In this document: positions 23,219-36,200 of the stretch, in pieces
Numbering within the stretch: position 1 is the stretch's first letter
Layout: each line of letters starts with the position of its first letter
From: Perkinsus olseni
Taxonomy: Eukaryota
Length of the DNA stretch: 52,640 nt
Assembly (NCBI GenBank): GCA_013115125.1
Contig: JABANN010000213.1
Coordinates: 1-52,640, forward strand
Direction of reading: 5' to 3'
Translations under genes and position numbers: made by a program
Notes under the pieces: model-generated
Database searches by the model: none
Told to the model about the DNA's origin: nothing
Seen by the model: the letters and a program-made list of their open reading frames with translations, nothing else

Positions 23219-26200
23219 ATGGCATCATGCCTAGGTCAGCCGCTCACTCATGTTGATATAGATGAGATTGATAGAATACAGCAAGAGGAGCAGAGTGCCG
23301 GGTAGGGTAGTACCAGCAGCAGCAGCATCCATAGCATCACCCCCTCCTCAGGCATTCTCATACAACAACAGGGCTCCTCCTTACCTCGAAGCAGCGGCAG
23401 ACTATTAACGCTTCTAGGCCGTGGGAACAGGTTGTGACTGATGATCAGGGCAGGAGAAGATTCCATGGAGCCTTTACTGGAGGCTTCAGTGCGGGGTACT
23501 GCATGCATCCCACTGTGGTTGGTTCATGATAGATAGAGAGTGATAGATACTATAACACAGTGGGGACCGAGGAGGGTTGGACGCCATCTACTTTTGTGAG
23601 TAGTAGACGTAGTAGGAAGAACGACAACAAACAGGATGAGGAGGAGGAGGGAGGCCATGATGATGGCATGAAACAACAACGTCATCAGAGGGTGATAACT
23701 TCGTACAGCCCTCCATGCTACGCTCGGTGCATTAGATATCCGACTTCATGGATGAGGAAGATTATAACGACGGTATCGGCGCGGACGACGTTGCTGCTGT
23801 TGGAGGGTCGTCGTCCAGTGGAGGGTTCGCTTGGAGGAGGGACTCGGGTGAAGTGGAAGTGAAGGAGCGGGTAGTGGTTAGTGTTCTATACAGCGGACCT
23901 GAGCATCGGTAACAGTTCTGCATCTCAGGTAGGCTTAGCCATAATGAGGAGTCAGGGTTGGAGGGAGGGGATGCTAGTTGGAGAAGTCTCCAAGCTTCGT
24001 CATCATCGACAATCACCAGATGCGGATATGAACAGTGAACCATCCCCTCCACAGGCCAACGACAGGAAACGCAAGTAATAATAATAGTACGATTAACGTA
24101 GGACTCGGTCATGTCGTCCACCACCATCAGAGTGTACACGGTATCCTCGTTACCGCCGCAACTTCGTGCAGCCAGGAGGGCTACTGGCAATACCACAGAC
24201 GACTACGATGATGATGGAAAGGAGGAGGAAGTAGAAGAAGAACAAGAGCATCGTAACATAGTGGCCGTCCATCGCTCCATTGATAGAATCCTACACAATC
24301 ATAAGGATGACATGCACGGTATAGGGTAGTAACGACAACAACACTGCCACTCATCAGGCCCCTTACTACAGGTATAGTGGAGCGCTGAGGGCAGGGAACA
24401 CTGCTGGAGGGCCTTCAACGACAGGGGCCAATGAGCTGTTGTCCTCGATTTTCGGCCCTGGTGGGGAGTCGGGGGGTACTAGACAACAACAGCAGCAGCA
24501 TGGCAGCAGCAATCGTCAACAGCAACAGCAGAAACGATCATCTTCTACGCAGGCTGTCGGTGCATTTGGAATAGGTAATAATAGGAAGTAACATGGTGGG
24601 TGTAATGATGATGAGGATGTACCGGTATAGGTGTATTCGACCAAGAAGAGGGAGGGGATGGTTATGATGTTGAAGTGTATAATGATTATGACATGAGCAT
24701 TCCTCCCACCAGAGGAGGTGACAGCACCATCCCTTCTTACTGCTCTACTGCTTTGTCAAAACTAGATACTCCCTACTCATCACGATACGCTACAACCGTC
24801 GTGGAGATTGACGACGACGATGATGATGAGGATAGTAGGCAGGGAAAGTCTGCGACCAAGCGAAGAGGCGATAACAGGAGGAAAGGTGCAGAGGTGGCGT
24901 AGGGGCAGCATTGTTGTAATCATGCGCGGTGTTACGAAGCTATATCCCAGGTTATTAACCTTATCGATGACGATGATGATGAGGATGACAGCAGATCGAA
25001 GAGGAGGCATGAGAGTAGCAGCAGAAGAGAGAAGCGTCATTCGACTAGCCAGCATGATGACACCCTGAATGGGATGTTCACCACTGTATGCTGATTGCCG
25101 CCGCGAACGCCTCGGTTACGGTGCTGTCGATCAATCAGGCCACGACTTCTGTCGGTTCATCATCTACAGCCGGTTCCTCTTCCTCCTTCTCTGAAGATGC
25201 TCTGATTCTTTCAAAACTCATCCCGGAGCCTCCACGAGTGCCTCGAGGCTTCAAGGAGCATCTCCATGTAATCCCACTACCGGGGCGTAGTGGGCTGACG
25301 TTTGTTCTAACAGGTATCGAGATACGTGTCAGGCGAGGATGTATTTAGAGATGCATCTCCCGAATACCAACGGCTCGTGGAATGGTTGGAGAAGGAAGGA
25401 AGCAGCAGCAGCAGCAGCAGTCAGAAGCCATCGGGCAGCAGCAGCATGACTATGACTGAGAGAACGGCCATTATATCTGGCAAGTCTGACAAGGATGATC
25501 GTAACAGAGTAGCTCCTGATGATGGAGGGGCGGCAGCGGCAAGATCCGCTCCTGATTTGGTAGGAAGGTATTATGACAGTAGCGGTATATTATGACAGTA
25601 TATGTCCGTCGGCTCAGGAGGGGAGGAAGACGGCGAAGGGAGGGGACCCCACAGGCAAGGCCCTCTGGTCCAATGTTAATGACGAGGTGAGATGTGTAGG
25701 GTGGGATCATCGTGACGACTGGTGAGAAGGTACGACGAGAGGCTTTGCTGGCAGCAGTGGGCGGTCGGACCATCAGAATGCACAAAGCAACCACCTCAAC
25801 AACAACATCATCACCTTCACTACACGATACCTCACCGAGTGCTCTGGAAGCGCTCAACAGCGATCCAGACAAACGTAGACGTTATGAAGTATTCTGCACT
25901 CAAATGGCCAGCGGGGCTCCGACGTTATCAGCACATGGTGAGGAGGGAGGCTTTCAAGGAGAGCAGCACTCCTGCCTTACAGGTAAAGTTGACTTCAAAG
26001 AGCTCAAAGAGTTCACTAAGATATACGAGACTAGTCGCCGAGAATCAGAGGGTGATACTGCCGATGCAGTCCATGAGGGGGCAGAGGAGAAGAAGAAGAA
26101 GAAGAAGAGGCCTTCTGCTGCTGAGGTTGCTGACGCTTTAAGGAAGTTGCAACCATCTCGAGTCGAGTGCAACTGGAAGGCTGAACCTCTAGTTTGTAAT

Positions 26201-26593
26201 ATGCCTCCTGATGGTGATGAGTAATACCACCGCTGATGATGTTCAGGTAAACGATTCGGGTGTCCGGACCCTTGGAGGCACAAGAAGTTCTACGATGATT
26301 CCGATATTCTGGGGCGTGGGAAGAAGTCTCGATGGGCAGGAGGCGATCGTCGTTCCCGTCGTAATAACCGGGATACAACGACACGTTCCCTAGTGTCCCC
26401 GGGTAAGAATCTACTTCGTCACCATCATGCCAGCTGCTGGTCCTCAGGCCTGTCACAGTCGGACTCAAAGTCGGTGGAACGATCGGTGGAGTCACCTCAG
26501 GCTCGAGCCGACATCCCTCCTGACCTCCCTCTACCGACGATGGCCTCTAAGAGGCCTCCCGATGATTTATTTGCAGATATCTTCGGCGGTTGA
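23219..26593 (+). CDS. GPATCH1: G-patch domain-containing protein 1 (GPATCH1/TOUGH, DUF1604)
   Basis: Spliced N-terminus [44 protein letters not shown]-patch-like [38 protein letters not shown]-terminal [13 protein letters not shown]. Confidence 0.93.
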
Positions 26594-26845
26594 TATCTCC
26601 GGTGTTTCATATTCCCCATGAATCGTTGAGTTCGAACAGTAGCGTTAACCGCTCCGCTACGCCATATAGCTCTCATCCTCGCACCAATCATATTCCCAAC
26701 TTCGTGAGGGACCAAGTACCATCGCACTAGAATCGGGAGATTGCCTACAGTTGATCTGCAACGATCGAGCGTTGGGCTCAACGGTCGACACTTGCGGGAG
26801 ACTAAAGCTCAACAGGCGACTTTTAGGAAAGGCATTGAAGAGTCA

Positions 26846-27680
26846 TCATTTGATCTTCTCGCGGGTTGAAGACAACATTCTTCGTAGATTCTCGTTTTCA
26901 CGTCGGAGGTCCTCCACCGACTTCGCGACGGATCCCTCTTGTGTTGCCTTGACGCGACCAGTGATCGATTCACTTTCATCACTATGAATTGGTCGATGAT
27001 AATTTTTGATGTTCACATACCTAAGGTATTATCCTCCCATACAGCTACTCCTTCATGCTCTCACCTCTCCTCAAGCTTCTTTAGTCGTTGATGTATGATT
27101 CCATAATCACCTGTTAGACCCGCGAGTTGGGAACCAAGATCCCAGCTCGTGTCCTCCAGGTTCCTCGTTCGAGATTCAGGTTCACAGTCACTGACGACAC
27201 TGGGTGGTTCATCGGACATCATCGTAGAATTCGCCTCGTCGTCTCTCCCGTCGGTACAGTGCCGCTGTGATGCTACCAGTTTATCGATCTGTCGCAGCTC
27301 TTGCTTGAGACCTATGCTACTAATGTTGAAATCACCGATGCGAGATAGTCCGTGGTACCAGTAAGCTCATCCTCTGACGGAGTACTGGTCGGGAGTTGTA
27401 CCCCATCGAGGGATGGCCCTCCTTGTGGTTGGCCGATCGTCTCGAAAGTACTGCGTATGAGTGGGATACCTCGTTGAAGGGCGGTAGTGAATCATGTCCA
27501 CTGGCGCCACTATTCGTAGTAGACAGCAGCAGCAGGTGCCGACTGCCTCCGGACTATCACTACAACCTTCTAAGGCCTACCACGCCTCTCCCTCATCTCT
27601 TTATATTTGGATAACTCCTCGAGTAGTTCGGTAAGGTTTTCATTCCTTCGATGTCGCTCTTCGTCGAAGGTGTTGGACAT
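26846..27680 (-). CDS. Hypothetical small coiled-coil protein
   Basis: Exons MSNTFDEERHRRNENLTELLEELSKYKEMRER... and ...KSVEDLRRENENLRRMLSSTREKIK*; internal splicing uncertain. Confidence 0.5.
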
Positions 27681-27846
27681 AGTCTGCTTACAACACAATA
27701 TGATGATGAAGCCTGCTTTCCAATACGTAACGATCGTTCGTGACAGCAGATCACTCCTCATTGATGGTTCGTCCAACTATACAGTGACTTATCATGACTA
27801 CATGTTGGAATGATAATCATCATGGTCGTCGTCGTTGTCCTCGATA

Positions 27847-28950
27847 CTAGACTGGATCTCGGTAGCATTTCCTGTATGTAACACCCTGTGTGGAGAGAGG
27901 AGGGTATAGAGAATAGCCTGGAAAGCACGTAGTACAGTGATACCTGGCAGCAGCCATCACTGCAGAAGGATGCTCCTGCCGTCGACTGTCGATTACCGAT
28001 CAATGCAAGTTTGACATCCTACGGGGCATTCTATTATCATATGATCTGCTACGTACCTATCTAGCGAGTCACATCGATTCGACTAGTAGCGGTAATACAT
28101 CCTGAAATAGTTGTCGTAGCCTCTCTGTGTCTTGGGCATACAGAAGCCGCTATTTGTTCTGCCTATTGTATAATCCAGTACGACGAAATCGCGAGTATTG
28201 AAGCATGATAGACATGTTGTGTCGTATCTAACAAAAGTGTTGCGCTATTGGAGAAGGGAGGGTGTCTTAGTAAAGACTTAGTAAAGCAAGATCGACATCC
28301 GGTATCACAAGGCTGACAAGTCTCGTCGACAGTACCATAGGTTGATTCTATTTGGCAATTGAATCTGACAAGTTATCGCCACACAAGAGTGATAGCTGCG
28401 TTGACTTCCCACATGCAAATCTTCCTGAAATCATGGATGTAGTTCTCACTGCAAGCATCACACTCGTACCTGTGATGATGACGTTGAAGATTGTCGTTCT
28501 TCTGTTCTTGAACTCTTACTGTTCTTCCCCATGGCATTTGTTACAGTTCAATGGGCATGCATGGCAATCGTAGCCCATACGATAGTTGCCATTCGGGCAA
28601 TCCTCAGGGTTCAAACAGCGATCACACCACAACTCGTGCCCTTCCTGACATTATCAATACACTCGTCACAGAGGATGATGGTATGATGATAATATAACAA
28701 CCACCACCACCTCACAGTTGTGTGTCCTCCAAGCCCTATCATGATCTTGAAGATGGCATCCTTGATTGATGGAGGCAGCGGTCCCTGGGCGGTGCTGTCC
28801 AGGATTGGTAGTGGAAGTTTGTATGTCGCATTGGACCCTATTCAACGATGGTGTATATGTGGCAATAGTGAATATATTATAAGTATCATCATAATCCATT
28901 ATGATGATGATTGGCAGTAGTAGGATGGTGAGGAAAATATCCCGAGCCAT
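27847..28950 (-). CDS. Secreted furin-like (CxxC) cysteine-rich repeat protein
   Basis: Hydrophobic N-terminus MARDIFLTILLLPIIII; spliced repeats CHACPLNCNKCHGEEQYECDACSENY, CQPCDTGCRSCFTK|YDTTCLSC and ECPVGCQTCIDR|YHCTTCFPGY; ends RKCYRDPV*. Confidence 0.75.
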
Positions 28951-29099
28951 TCTCGACTGGACACTGATTCATGCCACCGTGGTCATAGTGATCGTAACAT
29001 CATTCTAACTTGAACTCAACAACAGTTGTTGAACAACTCCCGTTCGGCCGGAAGGGTCTCAGTGAACTAACTAACAACAGCACTAGAATTTTAAATAAA

Positions 29100-29861
29100 A
29101 GTTCGTATCTCGGCGCGCTCGAACGCAGCTGCTTGAATGCAGGTATGGAGCGACAAAGGCAGAAAAGGAACACAATAGTGATGTGGACTCCCCAACCAAT
29201 GGCCTTGAGTAACGAGCAAGACGTTGCGTCTGTAGCAGCCTATGCATCCCTCAAGGGGAAGCAGTGGACGTGTACTACATAACCTAGGACCAAAAGCACA
29301 AAAAGGAAGGGAGAGATGATTGAGCTCCCTTGATGTTGAGAGGGGATCGATGGGCCTACCCGCATGATGAGAAGAAGGCTAGCCTGATTGGCTGGTGAAC
29401 ACACTGAATGACGGAAATGAATGGGCGCCTGTGGCAACGTGTGTATGGTGATGACCAACAGTGACACAGGTACAGCACTCTACACGAGAGGGCCATGCTC
29501 ACTGGGAATGAGGGGCGTTACGGGTCCCACCTTGAACTTGAGTGACAAGCTTCAAACGATGCAGAGACTGGCAACAGTATTGGTATATTGAGACACGAGG
29601 AATCCACGTGACTTTTCTAAGACTAAAAGAAAAGACAGGCGGTGCATCATCTTTGACATGATCTGAGGTGACAAAAGCCGGCAGGGTTGCGGTGGAAGCT
29701 CAACCGTCGATAGAGGAGGCATCTGTGATGTCGTTACCACCAGCCACAATGACCAGCAGTATGATAGGGTTCATGTGACCTTGAAAGAAGTGGCATCATT
29801 GCGAAGTTAGAAGGATTGAAGGCGACCCAAGACTGAGAGTGGGGAAGGGCTAGCTCCCCAC
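29100..29861 (+). ncRNA. Candidate structured non-coding RNA or degenerate element (unassigned)
   Basis: No spliceable coding signal found; several stems; AT-rich TATA-like tract immediately upstream. Confidence 0.25.
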
Positions 29862-30272
29862 CATTACTACTACGACCAAAAATGACAATCTACGGTGATA
29901 TTATTGGTACTTGAAGGACGCAACTCCCTTGAAAAGGAGGGATAATAGTACACAAAAAAGTAACGCATAGTTGTAAGGATTGTTAGTTTAAACTATCAGT
30001 CTGCAGCCAACAGCATGGCTACAGTAGTTATGATAATAGTAGATGATTGAACTTGGACGGCGGCGGCGGCGGTTGGATAATACCATGACCAGAGCCTCAA
30101 GACCCACAACGTTGAAAGAATACACCAGATAATATTTGAGAGTTGCACCAATGACGAGGATGTGGTATTGTGATGGTGGCAGAGCCTTGACGATGATACA
30201 CTCTCTAACCTGGACTATCTTATCACCATCAGCCCCATGATGTAGTTATTATGATGATACTAGATGTTGTTA

Positions 30273-32934
30273 TCAGCGTATTGTGTATTCATCATCATCA
30301 TCCTCATCACTGTAGGTGATCGTGTTATTCCTGGCAACTTCTACTGAGTACCACGAACCTAGAGATACCATAACAATGGTCATCATCACGAAAAAGAGCT
30401 ATAACACTCCTATTACCAGCAACTGGTGGTGATGAGGTCCTCGACGTACGGGGTCGTTTAGGCGAATGACCATACAGCTGCTGGGGTTGGGGGTACTCCT
30501 GCTGGTCCCTTCTCCTCGCTGGGCTACCATCGGCGGTATAACGATAAGCCTCTCTCGAAGGTGCTGATGATGATGACGCCCTCCGTGGAGATCGTCTTGG
30601 TGTTATGATAGCTCTCCCATGTGATGAGGGCTGCTGCTGATGATGATGAGCATAGAGTGGGGTATATTGGGTTGGTGATGGGGATGACAGGGATGACGAT
30701 GATGGTGATACTTGCTCCTGCCTCTGCCATCGGTGCTCTCTATCATCCCTATACTCACTGCTGCTGCTGCTGCTTCCCATTATACGTGGTAGTGATACGC
30801 CACTAGTAGCAGCAGCATCCCTTCGTTGTGGTTGAGGTGTTGGAGGTTGATAGTAACTACCAAATGACAGGCATTCTCTGCACTACCAGACAATCGGTGG
30901 GTCGTACCTCCCATACCCTCCCCCTCCTGTTGGTTGTTGTTGCTGTTGAGTGGTGTCCAACGGTGGGGCTGAGCTACCGCCATATCCTGATGCTTGGGCG
31001 GGCTTCTGTATAATACCAGTATATGATGATGTTAATCCAGCATCATTCATGTATCCCGACCCTTCCCGTGTTGTTGTTGTTGTTGTTGATGATAGTGGCA
31101 TTGAATAAGCAACACCACCACCACCCGAAGTAGGAGGAGGATGGGGTCCTCCTCCCCATTGTCCAGTACTATCAAGCTGGCGAGAGCCCCTATAGGGGGG
31201 TTGATACTGTGAGGGTAAGGCTTGTTGGTAAGGCTGTATATTATCATTGGGATTAGTAACAGCGGTGTTATTAGAAGGAACTTCGTTAACATATCCTGTA
31301 GGTGGTGGTGGCGGAGGAGGAGGTGGGGGAGTTGTGGTATTGTCATTGCTATTATTGTATTGTGCTACTTCTTGTGAGTAGGGAGCATCCCCCTGCAGTG
31401 TAAGCATGGGTTGTTGTGCCCCTGCAGGACCAGCAGCAGTGATGCCTCTCCTTCTACGAGATTCCTCAACCTTCGCTACATGCCTTGCTATTGCCCTCTC
31501 CGTATACCTATCATCATCATACCAACGTAATACTACTACTACTGCTAGACCCTCTTCTCACATTGACTTCTCCTCATCATTAAGTCCGAACTGTGCTGCT
31601 GCTGCTGGTGGTGGTGCCCCTCCGGACGACTGAGAAGCACTGGATGGCCCATGAGCACCCTCTTTAGACACTCTGTACCTAGGAGTAGCATCATCATAAT
31701 AATAACGACAATACAACTGCTACTTGCAATCTATCATCCTCCCTCTAACAATAAGTTGTTGATAGTAAACAGGTTTCTTCACCACACCACTTGATAACGT
31801 GTGAGTTGCTGCCTTGGTCTCTTGCTGCTGCTCTTCTTCTTCTTGTTGTTTCTCATATGCCCCTTTATTCATCATCTCACTGAGGAGCCTCTGTGCTCCC
31901 TCCGGACAGGAGAATTGGACAAAGCCAAAACCTTTAGAATGACCTGTCTCTCGATCCATAACCTAAAAAGGAGGAAAGCTGTTGTCACAACTGCCGTTGT
32001 TATCATTGCTGTGCCGGTAGCCTTACTAGTTGTAGTAGATTTATAAGGCCCCATTGACTTAGGAAGTCCCCCAGCATTTCAACAGTCTCTGTATTCTGGA
32101 AGCCAGCAACGAATACTCTACAGGGATCCGTAGCCCCTTCGGGTAGTGGTGGTAATGGTTCCTGAAGTTGTAAAGGAAGGGCCAATGAAGTGGTGGTGAT
32201 GAGGGCCGTGACATGATACATACTGCATCAACATCTCCTTGTATATCGTCCACACCAGGTTTGGTCTTTGCATACCCCACCCTTAACCGTTCCAATCCTG
32301 CTTCACGACGTCCTCTAAGATGATGATGGAGATGTGTGGTATCACAGTAGTGATCATACTGTATTATTACTTGACATCCAATACAGCTGCATCAGCACTA
32401 GAACCATTGAGGTACTGTATAAAGCCATAGTTGAGTACACGTTGTTGGTTACGGGGAGAGGTGGAGGATGGTGGTGCTTGTTGTTGTTGTTGTGGTCTGT
32501 TGTTGTTATTGTTAACCCCTCTCCCGGTAGCTATGTTAACTTTAGTGATGTCACCATATCTCGAGAAGAAGCCTATCAGAGCATCCTCCTTCCTCATGTG
32601 TTGTGGCAAATTACCAACGTATCTGATGAGGGGGGATGAGCATGATGCTACTACTGCTATTGATAGCACCCTAAAACCCTTACATTCGTGTTAAACGGAG
32701 GCCTATCGGGCTTGGACCAGTGGACACACCTTCTCTGGGGAGCATGGCTAAAGCAGTAACAAGAGGGTATCATCACGTAGGAGGTAGTATAGATATGACA
32801 AGGATGCGACTATTACGGGTAGTAGGGGTATACTGCCTGATGGGGTATTGATCCTGCTGCCCTCTTCTTCGTCTCCTCTTTACATTCTGATCCATTGAGG
32901 GGGTGTTAGCATCACTGTTAGGGGGAGACGACAT
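30273..32934 (-). CDS. Multi-RRM RNA-binding protein with a Pro/Gln/Ser-rich low-complexity C-terminus
   Basis: RRM1: RIYVGNLPQ...FFSRYGDITKVNI...YGFIQY. RRM2: RVFVAGF...FLSQWG...DRETGHSKGFGFVQF. The 3' end is inferred. Confidence 0.8.
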
Positions 32935-33066
32935 GGTGATAATTTAACCAAAACTACACCACATGATGGTGTTAACTGTATTGAATAACAAAACACAGGG
33001 GAGGAATAAGTCGAAAAGGATGATGATCATTAAGAATAATAGTCCGTGGATAGTCTGCTGCTGCTG

Positions 33067-33100
<34 letters not shown>
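33067..33100. repeat. (GTA)~11 microsatellite, intergenic
   Basis: Direct read; lies between the ATPase stop and the RRM gene start. Confidence 0.9.
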
Positions 33101-33237
33101 CACTTATGGTCATTACTCGACTTGCCCGATTAGTAAATGGATGCTGATTATTATGGTATTCGGAACAATGTAAAGGAGGACAGAGGCATAAACAGTACTG
33201 GCAGTACGCAAGGAACTGCTGAGTCGTCCACAGCGGG

Positions 33238-36200
33238 TTACTCAAGGGTAGATTTATTGCTGCTCTTGCTGGTGTCGTCCTGTTTGGCTCGCTGGGCATC
33301 TATCTTCATCAACTGTTCTTGTTCCTTCTGTTCTCTCATAGCCTTGTACCTGATTACACAGTAATGATGACGGTGACACCATACTGAGGGCATTACTTCC
33401 GGTATGCCCAGAAGGCTCCTATCATTAATAGTGGGCTACTTAGTACTATGGGCACTATGAAGAGTCCACCTAATAAGCAGGAGGTGGAAGTGTTGGTGGA
33501 TGTATGGTATTCTCACCAGATACGTATAACATCGTCTTGAAGAGCGGTATGAAGTCCTTAGGCTTCGTCGATAATAGAGGCTTTATTGTGGATGCATAGA
33601 AAACCTTAGGGGCGAACACAGCCAATATGATCCTGTCCAATATGAATATACCAACGGTTGATGCTAGCAGCATACCTGACAGTGGGGATGATGATGGTAA
33701 GCAGCAGTGGCTATTAGTACCAAGAACCCTATTCCTGAGATCATCAGGCAGTACCATGAGCTCTAGGAAGTGATTCAATGGTGGTATAATACCCGATGCT
33801 AGAATCTACCAAAAAGGAAGGTGATGATGCTGCTAGACAGGGACATGGAGGTTGTTGTTGTTGCTATTACGAATAGTCCGGCACCGCAGAAAAAGGCAGA
33901 AAGGAATAATGCACGATTCTCGAGGTAACCTGATAATGATGGTTGGTAATAAGGATTATGATGATGATACCGTACGCCTTGGTATCATCATTACCTTGCA
34001 TCCATGGACGGCCTTTGTAGTTGACAACTAGTACTGCAACTTGTTGGGAGCTCTTCACTAGGAACATTACTGTATTGAGTAGGTTTGGTTGGTATGGTAC
34101 CGACCTTAATAGTGACTGAGCATAGTGACTCTGCATATTATTATGCTTACTTGAACATGGAGAATATATCATCTCCGAAACCACTCTCATCCATCATCTT
34201 ATTCAGCTTCTCATCTCTATTCCTTTCAAACTCATATAACTGTTCCAAGGCAGCATCACCTAATGATGATCGATGACTACCACTGATCACTATTGTTGGT
34301 GTTATTACCCATAGCAGTCTTGGCTAGGTCCATCGCCTTAACCAACACATACAGATGTACCGCTACTTGGGCCATCACCGATAAGAATATCGCAGGATGG
34401 AATACAGAACGTATTGGGAGAACGTCAGAAAGCCTGATGAGAATAATCGTTCTTCATCTTGACAGGACAGGAGGACCACTGAGTTTTGCTATTATTACTA
34501 CCTATCAGCTGGTTTAGCATAGCTAAATGCAATACTGGCAACCATCGTCAATAGTCCCGAGAATATGAGTTGTAGCTCGGTAGCATTACCGCCTTCAACG
34601 GTCCCTGCAGCCAGAGTGTATCTAAGAGGAGTTATCATCAACCACACCCCAGTGCACTACTACTTACGCGCTGACCATCGAATCAAGCATCATAATCTGC
34701 ATCATCTGGACATTCAATAACAATGTACACCTCCCTTGTCTGATGATCTGTACCACACTTCTGATACTAGGAGCTCTTGATGTGAAGGGAGCAGCAACGG
34801 AAGCATCACCAAGTTGGACTACTGGCTTCATACCTGACACCGACCCTGTCACTACCTCAACTAGGGGTATGATGATCATCATCACCTTCTTGCTGTTGGG
34901 AAGCATCATCTTCCACTTGTTTCTGTGCATTCTCGATCATGGAGGCCATGATACCTTTACTACGACCACCACCCCAGGCTGCATTCGTACCATACTTTTG
35001 CTGTAACTCCTTCTGAACCTACCATCAATGTGCTTATCACTAACAACATCCCCTTCTTCTACTAGCATGACCTACCTTAGTGAGCTCAGCCCTCAGCCTC
35101 GCTGATGAGTTCTTCATGGCTGTGAAGTAAGTGGTAAATCCAACATTACCTTCATTGTTATCAGTGAGCTTATTAAGCTCCTCTTGGAACCATGTCTGTT
35201 GGTTCTGCATGATAACCTCAACAGAAGAAGAAGTCCGAATACCATCACTCGACCTCTTCTCACTTGTCTTCTAGCGTTGAATTCCGTCTTGTATTGTTTT
35301 GCCAGTTGCCTCTCCCTCATAGCTAGCAGCTTCTGGTCCTGATCATTATCATCAGTATGGAGGTGCTGAGGGGGTACTACTAGTACTACTACCTCTTCTA
35401 ACTTATCCTCTGCCGAGCCCTCACCATCAAGGAGCTGACTACCATCGGGGGTTGCCTGCTTTACTGAGGACGCAGCATTTGAGTCACCAAAGCCAGAGAG
35501 GAGGGCTACGCCTGATGAGGGGGTGATGATGGACAGAAGCAGTCCTATGATAATACTTACCAACATCAGCTTGCTTCAATGCACCAACATCGTTACCACC
35601 ATCACCACACATAAGGGGATGCAACATATTATCACCACCACTACCATGATCTTCGTTAGGAAGCTTCTTAACCAATCGTACTACCTAATACAGTATGATG
35701 CTGTTAGTATTACTACATGGATCCTCCTGTATTACCTCCTCCTTCTGCTGTGGGGATACCCTGGCAAATACCTTAATGAGATGTGCTGTATTATACAGTG
35801 TCTTGTCCCCTTCCTCCTCTAACTGTGTCAGCACATCACCTTACAAGAACATGAGATAACAGCGGCTACTACCACTAGTAGTAGTATTACCTCCTACTAC
35901 CAGGTCAGCTTTATTAGCAAGCTGCTTTACAGCATGAATAGAGGGGGTATAGGGTATATACACCTCATCAGTACTAACATCTTGCCACACTACATAACAA
36001 ACAGTAACAATGCGTGAATCGGTTATTATCATCATGAGTATTACCTCTGTCCTTTGTCAACATGAGCTTGGGTTTCCCTTCACTCTTATTACTGAATATA
36101 CCAATCTCATTGGCAACATGTGCTGCTGTCAAGGCGGAATCACCAGTTAGCATTATACAAGGCATCTTCGCATCAGTCAACGCCTGAAACCGATGGTCAC

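Noticed and set aside
29049..29062. GGAAGGGTCTCAG resembling RNase P CR-I; also TAACCTA and TGAACCCTA as possible telomerase templates nearby
   Set aside because: No convincing CR-V/P4 partner, and the template-like strings are shorter than 1.5 repeats of a known telomere unit.
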